A stretch of DNA of 64,000 nucleotides from Eledone cirrhosa (GCA_964016885.1 OZ024743.1:161572001-161636000); one strand, 5' to 3'; shown: positions 40,947-54,497, counted from the stretch's first letter. Numbers and translations are program-made. Notes: generated by a model from the sequence alone, not told the origin.

Positions 40947-40985
40947 TGAACCTGAAGATTGCGAAAGCATGAAAGTACTTGTTCA
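40947..40985 (+). ncRNA. Minimal type I hammerhead motif, right arm
   Basis: TGAAC CTGAAGA TTGC-GAAA-GCAT GAA AGTACT T GTTCA; stem I TGAAC/GTTCA; palindromic stem III AGTACT; CUU triplet; U-U at the base of stem II. Confidence 0.7.
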
Positions 40986-41176
40986 ATTAACACTTAGAAT
41001 TTAATATTCTATCATACTATTTCATTATAATACCATTATAAATTTTAAAGGATTGTAAATAAAACAAGTAAATCAGACAAAGTTGGAATTCCTCTTATTA
41101 ATATAATCTTCTATACACAATCATACACACCCGTGTATATTTATCTATCTATATATATAAGTATATATATATATAC

Positions 41177-41226
<50 letters not shown>

Positions 41227-41333
41227 ATTTATATTTATATATATATATATTTATATTTATATATATATATTTATATATATATATATTTATATATATATAT
41301 TTATATATATATATATTTATATATATATATATT

Positions 41334-41403
<70 letters not shown>

Positions 41404-41687
41404 AAAATATATATATATGTAAATATATATATGTAAATATATATATATGTAAATATGATATCCCTGAAATATATATAATGAAATAAATATGGTTTTATAA
41501 ATATAGTTTCCATTTATTTAATATCATATATATGTAAATATATATATATAAAAAAATATATATATGTAAATATATTTATATATATATATATGTACATATA
41601 TGTATATAAGAATATATATATATATATATATGTACATAAATGTATATAAGAATATATATATATATATATGTACATATATGTATATAA

Positions 41688-41726
<39 letters not shown>

Positions 41727-42208
41727 TATATGTATATAAGTATATATATATATATATATATGTACATATATATATATAAGTATATATATATATATATATA
41801 TATACATGTGTGTGTAAATATATATATATGTATATTTTATAATATATGTATATATGTATATGTTTATATGTATATATATATGTGTATATACGTATGTATA
41901 TATATAAGCATAGAAACACATACTTCATCGTCATAATTTAATGTCCACTTTTCTTGCTAGCAAGGATTAGACAATGTTTATGACAGAATTGGTAAGTGTC
42001 AGATGAATTACCTTGTGGTATTTGATTTCTTCTCTTTACTTACTGAGTTTGAATCCCACCCAAGTTACAATTGCCTTTCATCGTTGCTGCATCAATAAAA
42101 TATCGACCAGTCGAGTATTGGAGTCAATGTTATCATATGCATGAATATATGTAATCAACTAGTCTTTCAAGATAAACAATCAATTTTTTATTAAATGCCA
42201 TGTGCGTG

Positions 42209-42256
<48 letters not shown>

Positions 42257-42260
<4 letters not shown>

Positions 42261-42669
42261 TACTTGGGGAGGGTCATATTTGTGTAATATTGCCAGAATT
42301 AATAACAGAACACACTCACTGTTTGGTTGGTTTTCGCTTCTTGCTGTCTTTTATATCTGCGATCTAACTTAATCGGTCTTCAATGTTGCCATTGACTGAC
42401 CGACGGTCAAAAATAATACAGATACAATATAGACACAAACACATATATATAGTTTACATAATTTACATAAATCTTTCGTTGCACATCTGCAACATCGTCA
42501 GTGGTGTTATATTTTTTCCTCCTGTAGAAGCGAAAACCAACCAAACAGTGAGTGTGTTCTGTTATTAATTCTGGCAATATTACACAAATATGACCCTCCC
42601 CAAGTATAACAATATTTGTTTCGACACACGATTTCATATAAAAAACCTCGCTAAACTAATTCATCGCCG

Positions 42670-42670
<1 letters not shown>
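42257..42670. mobile_element. Fold-back pLTR-like element, MTLPK family
   Basis: 85-bp perfect inverted arms 42257-42341 / 42526-42610 containing ATGACCCTCCCC; right extension reads [27 protein letters not shown] into (TA)n. Confidence 0.8.
42466..42503 (-). ncRNA. Hammerhead core motif
   Basis: CTGACGA T GTTGCA-GATG-TGCAAC GAAAGATTTA; perfect 6-bp stem II; stem I poor. Confidence 0.55.
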
Positions 42671-42713
<43 letters not shown>

Positions 42714-42769
42714 TGCAAGCAGGGAAAAGCAGATGCAAAATGATGATGTTGATGATATATATATGTGTG

Positions 42770-42830
<61 letters not shown>

Positions 42831-42895
42831 GTATGTTTGTATGTATGTATATGTTTGTATGTATATATATGTTTGTGTGTATATATATATATATG

Positions 42896-42926
<31 letters not shown>

Positions 42927-43042
42927 GTTTGTATGTATATATGTATATGTATGTATATTATATATGTATATATATGTGTGTGTGTGTATGTATGTATATA
43001 TATATGTATGTGTGTATATATGTATGCATATATTTATGTACT

Positions 43043-43095
<53 letters not shown>

Positions 43096-44498
43096 GTATA
43101 TATATGTATGTTTGTATGTATGTATATGTTTGTATGTATATATATGTATGTGTGTATATATATATATGTATGTATGTATATATGTATGTATATATATGTT
43201 TGTATGTATATATGTATATGTATGTATATTATATATGTATGTGTACATATATGTATATATATATGTGTGTGTGTGTATGTATATATATATGTATGTGTGT
43301 ATATATGTATATATATGTATGCATATATTTATGTACTTATATGTGTATATATATATATGTATATATGTAATGTGTGTATATATATATGTAGTGTGTGTAT
43401 ATATATGTAGTGTGTGTATATATATATATATATGTATGTATATATATATATAATTGACACAGTCACACCAACATAAATGACGCAGAAATGGGCTGGAGTA
43501 CCTCAGACAACATTTTTCCATCTCCAGGTGTACTTCATCTGATTTACTCAACTTTCATTTATAGTGATCAATTATTGCTATAATCATTTATGTTGGGACA
43601 ACTACATTTCAAATACTCCCATTGCTTATATATGGATAGGTGGGTAGCTATCTTGGTAGAGTGTCTGACAAATTACCATGTAGTGTGTTTATAGTTCTTT
43701 AATTCACTTCATTCACAGGCTGGTTTGTTTTTCATATTTCTGAGATAAATAAGACAAATACTAGCTTAGAAATACTGAGGTAAGGAGTCAATGCAATTGA
43801 CTATATCTTTGAAGGTGGTGACCCAACCTGGTTCTAGTTCAATGATAAACCAATAAAAGAATATTCATTATTGTTTATTTGGCAGTATATGAGGGAAAGA
43901 AAGCGAAAAATAAAGAAAACATCTCTCCAATTAGATCCACATCCATACCACATAAAAAAAACAATAAAGAAAAAAACGAAAACAACATTGTTGTAAATTT
44001 TACTTGAATGAGTTATGTACTTTGTGTGTGTGGGTGTATCTCTCTCTATATATATATAGAGAGAGAGAGAAAGAGAGAATGTAGAAAAGTAACACACGAG
44101 TTGATATATATAAAAACAAATAGTAGAAAGGAAAAAGATTTTTTCAGTAGAAAATGCTGAAGAGATTCTTTCAGTGTAATATCAAAACATTTATTTATAA
44201 ATTGGATATTTCAACATTTAATAATGGTACCGGTTTCTGCATTATATGCTTTGCAACTGCGGATATGCATAATATAGTTAAGATCCATATTTATACAAAT
44301 AATAATAATAAAAAGGGGAAGAAATATTATTAATTTTTACATACATATTTTGAGAGGAGAGTTAATATCTCTGCCCGCGTTTGTCCTTTCTCTGTTTGTT
44401 GGCGAACAGACTTCTGACAAATTACACAGTACAATGAAGAAATGTATTAGTTTAACATTTGATATTGTAAAAAAAGACTCTAAACTTTCGGACACAAG

Positions 44499-44532
<34 letters not shown>

Positions 44533-44570
44533 TAAATATACACGGGTGTGTATGATTGTGTATAGAAGAT

Positions 44571-45135
44571 TATATTAATAAAAGGAATTCCAACTTTGTC
44601 TGATTTGTGGATTGGGAGTATCGGTAGAGGGTCGGACGCCATGCTTTCCAGCATAGTTACGTCCCTTTATGATCTGAGTTCAAATCCCGCCGAGGTTGAC
44701 TTTGCCTTTCATCCTTACGGGGTCGATAAAATAAAGTACCAGTAATGCACTGGGTGATTGCTGGCCTTGTGCCTAAAGTAGAAACATTTATTTACAATCC
44801 TTTAAAATTTATAATGGTATTATAATGAAATAGTATGATAGAATATTAAATTCTAAGTGTTAATTGAACAAGTACTTTCATGCTTTCGCAATCTTCAGGT
44901 TCATAATGTGTGGTGACAGTCAAGTTTGCAATTTTCAACTGTTGAAAATTGCAAACTTGACTGTCACCACATATTATGAACCTGAAGATTGCGAAAGCAT
45001 GAAAGTACTTGTTCAATTAACACTTAGAATTTAATATTCTATCATACTATTTCATTATAATACCATTATAAATTTTAAAGGATTGTAAATAAAACGAGTA
45101 AATCAGACAAAGTTGGAATTCCTTTTATTAATATA
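44571..45135. mobile_element. Second copy of the 390-bp hammerhead palindrome, left arm interrupted by a SINE
   Basis: Nearly identical to 40716-41105; hammerheads at 44865-44903 (-) and 44977-45015 (+). Confidence 0.9.
44607..44787 (+). mobile_element. Young tRNA-derived SINE nested in the palindrome arm
   Basis: Nearly identical to the reverse complement of 811-991. Confidence 0.92.
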
Positions 45136-45197
<62 letters not shown>

Positions 45198-45360
45198 GGG
45201 TGGTGGATTGCCAGAATCGGTAGAGCATCTTCAGTATTTAGTTATGCCGCTTTACGTTCTGAGTTCAAATCCCGCCAGGGTTAGCTTTGCCTTTCATCCT
45301 TACGGGGTCAATAAATAAAGAACCAGTAATGTACTGGGACCGATTTAATCAACTTTAGTA
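45198..45360 (+). mobile_element. SINE, 3'-rearranged
   Basis: A and B boxes and central domain present. Confidence 0.75.
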
Positions 45361-46172
45361 GAAATACGCAATCATACAGTGTCTGAGCATTGCTGATTTG
45401 TGGGTTTATGTCGAACACCTGCTGTCTCATGTAGGTCAAATTCGGTTATCAACTGAGTCCATTGTGATGGTTGTCCCGTCGCCTTCAAGAGGGGCAGGCC
45501 ATTTTTATATGTCTTGTGGCCATGGAAAAAGAGGTTTTATAGTGGACATGCTTGAAAGGTTTGAAGATGAGCACTTTCCTCTTTGGAGAAGCCCTGATTA
45601 ACTTTTTCAGATTCCACTTGAGGAGGAAAATAAGGGGGTGGAGAGAGAAGTGCTGCCTTCAAAACAATTTGTTGAAAGGTGGGTGAGAGAAGCGAGCATA
45701 GCCCGAGTGAATGGGCCCGCTCTGGGTGTAAGCCTGTAGATTGGAGTACAACTGGGACAGGGCACTTCCCCAAAAGATCAGGACATCCGTGGCTTTATGG
45801 GGGTTTTTCCACGAATGACCCTTGAACGTCTCCTCCCTATTGAGGAGCATTCTTTGTTTTAATTTTATTTTTAACTTTGTTAAAATTTGTTTACATGCAA
45901 AACCCATACACGAACACACACTCTATGTTTTCGTCCTGTACTATCATTATGTTTTTTTCTTGATGTGGACCCTTTGTGGATAATAAAGAAATTATCATCA
46001 TCATTTTATGTCCGTTTTTCATGGTTAGATGGGTTGTCATGATTTGAGACCAGATTAATTGGATTGACTGATCTTGCTATTTAGCATTGCTACTATGGCT
46101 GGATGCCCTTCCTAACATGAACCACCTTACAGAGTATATCGGTGCAATTTTGTCACAGCACCACCACTACCA

Positions 46173-46205
<33 letters not shown>

Positions 46206-46448
46206 TAGCACTAAGACAGTGTTAAATTATAATAGAGGTGCATATGAAAATATATAATACATTTATATAAAAGAAACATTGGTAGCCTTGCTGCCAAAAA
46301 AAATATTTTTTTCATTATTTTTGTCTATTTTCCTTGGAGAATATATCACTGAGTTGCCAGTATGTTCTGACAGCGCTGTTTCAAGATTTGTTAATTTTTC
46401 CTCAGTGACACTCACTCAAGACATACTGGCATGAAATAGACTGTAGTC

Positions 46449-46479
<31 letters not shown>

Positions 46480-46791
46480 ATGTGTGTGTGTATATAATAT
46501 TCTAATAAAAAAAATATATATTATATCATGTACTGAGTATTTTCCTCCTTTTTTATGCCCAGATGTAAAGCCTTTTTCAGAAGTAACTTCCATGGGCTAC
46601 CAAATATAATTTTACTCTAAGCTGCATTATACAACACATAGAATATAAAACTCACCATGGACCACCAAATCTTTGATGTGGCCTCTGTTGACCCACCTGC
46701 ACCACATTGTGCATATATTATCCTAATGCATGCACACACATATGCACATATATATGTGTGTGTGTATATATCATCATCATCATCATATATA

Positions 46792-46824
<33 letters not shown>

Positions 46825-46984
46825 ATATAATATATATATATATATAAATATATATAGTGTAGTAATGGTTTGGTAAAGATATCCAAGCACTCAGTCCATG
46901 GGAGGTTGAATAAGTTGAGTTCACTCAACGAAATGCATGTTCTTGTATTTCTCTGTGTTGGAGTATTGAATTTAATAATATATA

Positions 46985-47470
46985 CTGTACATACTTGAGT
47001 AAAAATCAACGCCCTACTTTTGGTATTCTATTGAACTCATAAAGTTCAACCTTAGTATTTCATTAATAACAGGTCAACATTTGTTGGTCAAGATATCATT
47101 CTGTACATAGAAATAACACTGTTACAAAATCGTCAGGAATTTAAGGCAAATTTATTTTTATTGCATGTCTGAAACTAAAAATTTACCCAAACATGCGCAT
47201 ACCTTAGTGTAGCCTGCCCTATAGCTGGAATGCTTGTTACTTATAGTAAAACACCATATAATAGCGGGCACTACACATGTTGATGGGTGTTACGACACCA
47301 TTACTAAAATGTATGCACAAGATGTGCTGCAAGCCTGCAATCTTTATATTTTCCTCATTTCCTGAATTTGTGCAGTGGTATGACTTCGGATATATGTGTA
47401 ATAGCTGACCCCATTAATTTAACCTTAAAAAATGGTCTAAAGAATTTGATTTTTACACAAGTATATATGG
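46985..47470. mobile_element. MITE with ~25-bp TIRs and TA flanks (Tc1/mariner-type)
   Basis: TATACTGTACATACTTGAGTAAAAATCAA vs TTGATTTTTACACAAGTATATATGGTATA. Confidence 0.65.
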
Positions 47471-47585
47471 TATATATTTATACACACACACACATATTTA
47501 TATGTATGTGTGTATGTATATATAGTTTGACATTTTTATGCATTACCAGGAGTTTTACATAAGTAAACACATCTAAATCATTCAA

Positions 47586-47638
47586 ATGTATATAAAGAGT
47601 TAGATATGTTTATATCTATGAAACCATTGGTAATATAT
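47586..47638 (+). ncRNA. Degenerate hammerhead motif
   Basis: 7-bp stem II TAGATAT/ATATCTA, GAAAC-CATTG-GTA, stem I ATGTAT/ATATAT; 5' core decayed to ATAAAGA. Confidence 0.4.
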
Positions 47639-48183
47639 AAATAAGCCAAACTGTTAATACAGATATTATCAACTTCCAAATTATGTCTAGATTGCTTTTT
47701 TTTCTTTTATTTGTACCTACATTTATATTTTAAACATAAAGTAAATGTATTTTACTTTATGTATTGAGTGCTTTTCCACGTGTTTTACATCCTTATATAT
47801 ATGTGTGTGTGTGTGTACTTAAGATATGTATGTAGACTTCATTGTAAATAGGTGCTAATTCCTTTCCCTAAAATGAAGGCATCCAATTGCAAAATATCTT
47901 ATTTGAATAATTTATATGCAAATATTTGAATTTGCATAAAATATCACACCCATGCTAGCATGGTAAAACAGACCATACCTACATATATATATGTATAAGT
48001 ATGTATGTTTGTATGTATGTATAAAGATTTTTAAAGTATTTTTATGGCTGTAACTGTCAGCCATGTTTGTGTTTTGCTAATATGCTTTTTAACTATTTTT
48101 TGAGTCTTTGTCACTTCTTTAACCTCACACTATACAACTATATCACTTTTGAATTGTCTAGTATATAAATGTGTTTATTTTAC

Positions 48184-48383
48184 TAAGGCTAAATAGTGAG
48201 TCTTGTTACTCTGGAGTTTTGCCTGTTTATCACAGGGTCATCAGACATCTTGTCTGATGACTCTGTGTTAAACAGGCGAAACCCCAAAGTAACAAGACTT
48301 ATTATTTAGCCTTAACAAAACAAATATTAAAACTCTACTCTGGTATTGAGTACTCTTTTCTCTCAGCCGTCAACCACATTTGG

Positions 48384-48385
<2 letters not shown>
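48184..48385. mobile_element. Fold-back pLTR-like element with back-to-back hammerheads
   Basis: Palindrome 48184-48314 centred at 48249, plus a right tail ending in (TA)n. Confidence 0.8.
48248..48297 (+). ncRNA. Type I hammerhead ribozyme motif, canonical core
   Basis: TCTTGT CTGATGA CTCTGTGTTAAACAGGC GAAAC CCCAAA GTA ACAAGA; stem I TCTTGT/ACAAGA; GUA triplet; mirror copy 48201-48247 (-) has stem III ACTC/GAGT but G12 mutated to A. Confidence 0.75.
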
Positions 48386-48418
<33 letters not shown>

Positions 48419-48629
48419 GTGTATGTTCATTTAGCTTTTGATTTTGTTTGATTTATGTTATAAAAACAAAGTGCTTAATACATGTTTGTGTTAAAATGTG
48501 TAGAATTTCATTGTCTTCTGAATCCACTGATGTTTACAGTTAACTAAAAGGCATATTCAACAAAACTATGTTTTGTATATGTAAACTGGCTTACCTTACA
48601 TATGAATAAACAAACACATATGTATATGG

Positions 48630-48960
48630 ATGCTCATAGGCTTAGTGGTTAGAGCATTGGACTTGCAATGAGGACATTGTGAGTTCGATTCTCGGACCTG
48701 GTGATGTAATGTCTCTTCAGCAAGACTCTTTATTTCATGTTGCTCCAGTTCACTCAGCTGTAGAAATGAGTTGCAACATCATGGTGCTGAGTTGTATTAC
48801 CTTTCCTTTGGACAACATTGATGGCATGGAGAAGGGAGGCTGGCATGCAAGGGTGACTGCCGGTCTTCCACAAACACACCTTACCCAGGCTTGTGCCTCG
48901 GAAGAGAACTTTCCAGGTGCAAAACCATGGTCATTTGAGACTGAAGGAGGCCTATGATGA
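48630..48960 (+). mobile_element. tRNA-derived SINE (second family)
   Basis: GGCTTAGTGGTTAGAGC A box, GAGTTCGATTCTC B box. Confidence 0.75.
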
Positions 48961-49089
48961 TTCTATATATGTATATACATATGTTTTTCTTGTGTGTATG
49001 TATGTGTGTGCATGTGTCTGGTAAGTGAGATTGAATATAGATTTATGGACTCTGTTTGTTCAAGTTCATGTATAATGTTGGTCTAAAAT

Positions 49090-49390
49090 CCCACCTTGTC
49101 TAAAATCTGTGGCAAACTCCCTCGCGCCTCTGCCCTTCTAAAATCCTGGAGAGCTCAATTTGCTGACCACTGTCACCGTGCCAGCAATGAAATCATATCC
49201 GCTCTCTTGCTCTGGAACCCTGACTCCAGCCTGACTAGGAGTAGGAAGCTGTCATTCACTGACGTTATCTCTAGGGATACGGGAATCAGTAGACAGGACC
49301 TGGGGGCAGCGATGGGGGACAGGGGATTCTGGGGCATGAGAGTGAGATCCATCATCTCGACAGTAGTCGACGAGTGATGATGATGATAAT
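49090..49390 (+). mobile_element. LINE 3' end with (TGA)n tail
   Basis: [21 protein letters not shown], typical of LINE ORF2 C-termini. Confidence 0.6.
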
Positions 49391-49553
49391 GTTGGTTTGG
49401 TGTAAATTTGTTTGTGTTCAAATTATGGCAAATGATTATCATATATCTGCATATATACATACATATATATGCATATATATATACATATATATGCATATAT
49501 ACATATATATACATATATATGCATATATATATATATATATATTTACATATATA

Positions 49554-49620
<67 letters not shown>

Positions 49621-52600
49621 AGAGGTTAATGGGACTAGCATAAGGTTACCTTGCTAGTACCGGTTGCATCTCAGCATACTCAATAGGTAAGGTTATGTAT
49701 AAATCCCAGAGTAGACACAAAGTTATTTGCCTTGATACAACACATATAAATGGGTACTATATACACATAGATATACATATATAAGGCATCTATCCATAGA
49801 AAAGCAGCTAAACAATGAGTCAGAAATAGTCTTACATCAAGAGAAATGACAACCTCTCTAGTGCTGGCACCACAATAAAATGCACTCAGTAGTGCACTCT
49901 CTAGAGTGTAGAAACATATATAATGGAGATGCATTATATATATATATAGATATATATTTCTATAAATTTGCACAGACATGCAAAATCTTGCATCATGGAT
50001 TAGTGCTTGCATCATGGTTTCAATACTCAACTACAGTTACTTCCCATTATTTTGCTAGTAGAGTCAGTAAGGCATAGAAGAAAATGTTTTGGGGTACCTG
50101 TTCTGGTTTTCTATGCTCTGAGTTCAAATCCCATCTAGATTAACTTTGACTTTCATTCTTTATATCAGTGGTGGTCGGTTGGCGTAATAGTTAGGATGTC
50201 ATGAAATAAGCTGTGTTATTTATTTTGGCTCCTTGCATTCTGAGCTTGAATCCCACCATGGTCTACTTAGGTGGCAAACTTAATCTGCCACCCAGTTTAA
50301 CACTACCAATTAGCCATAGGCACCATTAGCAGAAATCTCCTTGTTGCAAGTATTCAGGCTAAGTCTCTGGTTTGAGAATACTTTTCTCCTTCTTTCCCAC
50401 CAGTCGCGGAAACTCTGAATAATATCATGGGCACAATCCTTCCCTTGTTGATGAAACTGTTAATAAAACTGAATAATAGAGTAATGAATGGTTTAAAATA
50501 TGGCAGATTCTTAGAGGAAGCTTTGGAACTAATAAAATGGAAGGACTTGATAAATAGCTTCCTTTACATGCTAGTGACCATTGAGACATCTAGTGCTCTC
50601 AGTCTTTGAACTGATATTTTCTTCACAAAATTGAAAGGAGCACTGTGAGGTGGAGTGGCTGATGCAACGGGTGTTACTGGCTGTTCTTTGTGACAAAGTT
50701 TTTGCCATTTTGTCTGAGGGGCACAGCTGAGATGTAGCACCTAAACTAGGGAGTAGAGTCTACTGCTCCCTTTCCTTTACTTTCACTATTAAATTATTTT
50801 TCTCTTACAAACAGTATATAATCCTGTTTCAATTCTTAGTTTGAAACTGTTTCCAATAAAAATACTATCTCTCCATGAAGAATGAAAGGCATGACACCAC
50901 AGCCTTTCTCCACACTCTCTTTTCCTTCATTCTTTCATTCTTAAGGTTTAAAAGTCTCCTATGTCTGTCTCAAACCAGGACACTTGTCAGGCCGGTACTT
51001 ACCCAAATTTCATTGCATGAAGCGACTGGGAGTACAATCGAGCCCATGGTATTATGATCGTAAGGCCAACACCCTTACCACAAGGTCACGTGCCTCCACA
51101 TATTATAAAAGTGAGACTATGAAATCCAAACACTGTTGCCATGGCAGATAATGTAGAAGCATGGTAGGTTTAATTTTAACTTTGCAAAACCCAACCAAGT
51201 TTTGTTTTGTCTTGGACTGTTTCAGCTTCGCATCTGAAAAGAGGGTAATAGCCTTGAAATAGCATGCTAAAATACACTGGATAAAACATTACTTTGTTTT
51301 GTTTTGTTTCATTTGTCATCATGTGCTCTTTGTATTTTTCTACCTATTATACTGGCTTTTAAAAAAGGTTTATCGGTCTTTTACAACCTAATTTTAATTT
51401 CCACATGGAAAAGCATTATATCACTGACTCCTTAAGAAAGGTATAAATACCATAATTCCCTATTTTCCTCTTTGGCTCTTTCCATGCCTTACCTTTCTCT
51501 GACTCATATTTAAAATCTTCATGCCAAAATAAATTTTAAAAGAAATCACAGCTGTTTGTTATTGTGAATGCTTTTGACAGTTAGTTTCCTCTTGTTGCCA
51601 TTGGCAACTTCCCTCTCCACTACACACATATTTTTACCACTACCATTCACACCTTACTATCTTTGCCTTCCAGAGAGATACATCTGCAACACACACCCAT
51701 TTCTTATTTTTTATATACCACCCATTATTATTTTTCCCTTTTGTCAATCTCACGTTTTCATCTCTACTACTACTACTAGTAGTAGTAGTAGTAGTAAATA
51801 ATGATGAGAAAATTAGAAAAACAATGAACTCTAGGAAGAAACAATAAATTAATATTTGTTTAACAAGAACAAAAGCAGATATTTCCACCTTCTGTTTCAA
51901 ACCTCTCTCCCCTGCCCACTTCTGCAAAGAATGACTGCCATTTTAAAGGTTACTCTTTTTAATGCAATGAACCTTGTTAAGAAAAAAGAAAGTTAATTAG
52001 ATAATGACAGAGAAGCAGGTATATTATTGATGATGGTGATCATGGATTTTTTGATTTTTTTAAATTTGTTCATATTATTATTTTTCTAATTCTACTACTA
52101 CGTAACTCTTTCTTCACACACAGACAGACAGACACACACACACACATATATATATATATAGTGGTAAAACTTCATTCAAATCAAAGATTCTAAATAGAAA
52201 ATAAAAGTAGAAATGCAAAGAATCTCTTCAATCTAACAAAACAAATATTTCTATATTTGGCACATGAAATAAAATTAAATTTTATCAAATAATTGTACAT
52301 GTTATATAATACATGTACTAGATTTATGTTGTTTCAACACACACTTAACAATAAGTGGCATTATTTTCTCATTCCCAATATGTATTATATATATAGTAAG
52401 TTTGTGCATCATTAATATATCATTAATATGTCGTCATGTCATTTTCCTTCTCCTGCCATCTAGAAGAATAATTCACTTTCTTGTCTTGGAAGTTCAGAAA
52501 AGGGTCATGGGCACCACCTTTCCCTCCATTGTAAGACAGTATAAAGGACAATGTAAAATGTATGGTGGCTATTTGAATTCAGTTATTAAAGTGTAGTACT

Positions 52601-53035
52601 CTATATTTTATTCCATTGTCTGTATGTAAAACATAAAGTGAAGGTTCAAACTGTGTTAAACTTAACTATTTCTATATTGTTGTTTCTGTTATCCATCATC
52701 TGTACACTGACATTTTCGTATCTTATTGGTATAACCCATGAATAATATATTATTGGTGATTTTAATTTATGCAGAATTGCCAGATCGCACTACAAATATT
52801 TTCATTAAAGAAGTAGTCCTCCAAAGGTACAACTTTTCTTTTTGGCTTGCTGAATCCCAAGTCATTATATAACCATTTATTGTACTTCTCCATATGTACA
52901 ATATTTAATAATGCTTTGTTATACTCAATATTTTTTCTTTCACTAAATTGAAATAGCATAGCATTAATTGAATAAGATGTATTGAAACATTTGTAAAGCT
53001 ATTAAATGGTTTCAAGAAATCTACTCTGTCATTGT

Positions 53036-53107
<72 letters not shown>

Positions 53108-53689
53108 AACTTATACAAAATCACCACCAGTTAGATTCCTTGAAAAGTTACCTAAAACAAGAAAACTTTACAAGCATCTTTCCTTTCAAAGAAACCTTCT
53201 TATGAAAGAATCTTTCTATATTGATTGTCTTAATTTATCAAGATGGTCAATGATGTTTCTTAGTTCTCAAAACTGCAGTATGGGAGAGATGCTAGTGAAG
53301 CCTTCTAATTTGACGTTACTTTACTAGGAATCTACTCGTAGGAAAAGATACTAGTGAAGCTGTCTAGTTTTATCTACTAGGAATCTACCCATCGGTGACT
53401 TTGTATAAGCTATTCTCTAAGTATATGTTTCTCTGAATTAGATATATTTTAGCGATCTTTTCATTAAGATACTCTGTATATTAATGACATATAACCTTCT
53501 ATATGATATATATGTATATATATATATTTATCATTTAGTCAGAGGAAAAAGAGCAGCACCAATGACCTTTTGCAGTTTCTTTAAGACTTATAGGAAATAG
53601 GGAATAGAGAAAAGAGAGGAAGAAACCACAAGTCATTTGTTTTCTTCATATCAGTGATTTGCTCTAATAAAATATTACTCTACACAGAT

Positions 53690-54118
53690 TTTTTTACACA
53701 ATTCAACCCCACCTTAATACCCACACAAAACACACACACACACATCCAAAATGCCATGAAGACCATGAAGGGTAAGAACATTTTCTATTTTAACCAAGTG
53801 AATTTGATTGAATCTTAACCTGTTGAAGCCCACCTCCACCTTCACCACCCTACCTTCATAAAGAACATATATATATAAGAAGAAATTTTAAAAGAAAACC
53901 CACATATATTCTAACTGCTCATAGAAAACACAACAAAATATTTTTTTTTATATTTAATACAAATCGAAACCGGTTATATTCAATGCAACAATTATAAAAC
54001 TATTTATTCTGTCGGATGGAAGAAAAAATAATCTTTAAATATACTTCTGTGCATTTTGAACTTCAATTTTGCACTATAAACTTTGCTTTGTATAGAATTT
54101 ACACCTTTTTCCAACCAT
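53690..54118 (+). mobile_element. Solo pLTR of the same Neptune-like family as 5001-9110
   Basis: Collinear similarity to 8660-9110 (TTTTCTATTTTAACCAAG, CCTTCATAAAGAAC, ATAATCTTTAAATATACTTCTGT); ends in (TA)n. Confidence 0.75.
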
Positions 54119-54119
54119 A

Positions 54120-54159
<40 letters not shown>

Positions 54160-54161
<2 letters not shown>

Positions 54162-54392
54162 GAATAGAAAACGAAAAATCAGTGATGCATCTGAACTCAA
54201 TTTATTGTGTGTTACAATTGTTTCGCTGAGAGAATATGCTCCGAAATCATTAGATCTGTCCGTCGAACCTGCGGGTCCAGAATCAGACAGATCCACACAA
54301 TGATCGCGTCTCGAGCTGTCTGCCGGCGAAAGAATTGTAACAGACAATAAATTGAGTTCAGATGCATCACTGATTTTTCGTTTTCTATCCTA
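54160..54392. mobile_element. Fold-back element with 67-bp arms
   Basis: Arms 54160-54226 / 54326-54392; the left arm (minus strand) reads GAAAC-AATT-GTA, the 3' half of a hammerhead. Confidence 0.75.
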
Positions 54393-54497
54393 TCATACTC
54401 TGCTCTGTGAGCAGACACACACACATATATATATTTTTGGCATTTAATAAATTCAAATTGGCTAGAGATTTAAAGACGCTGGTTTGAGACCTTTACT

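Larger units (their letters stand above)
40716..41105. mobile_element. 390-bp near-perfect palindrome (fold-back pLTR-like element) in (TA)n
   Basis: Arms of ~190 bp are almost exact reverse complements around 40910; second copy at 44571-45135. Confidence 0.9.
39505..43455. repeat. Compound (TA)n/(TATG)n microsatellite domain with embedded elements
   Basis: Seen directly; source of the spurious YI-rich ORFs. Confidence 0.95.

Noticed and set aside
51230-51275. Further hammerhead-like remnants here and near 44225-44260 and 56755-56840
   Set aside because: Several core or stem mismatches; probably decayed copies but not supportable individually
50340-53330. Possible DNA-transposon coding remnants
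   Set aside because: Coding-like composition, but no motif I could assign to a family
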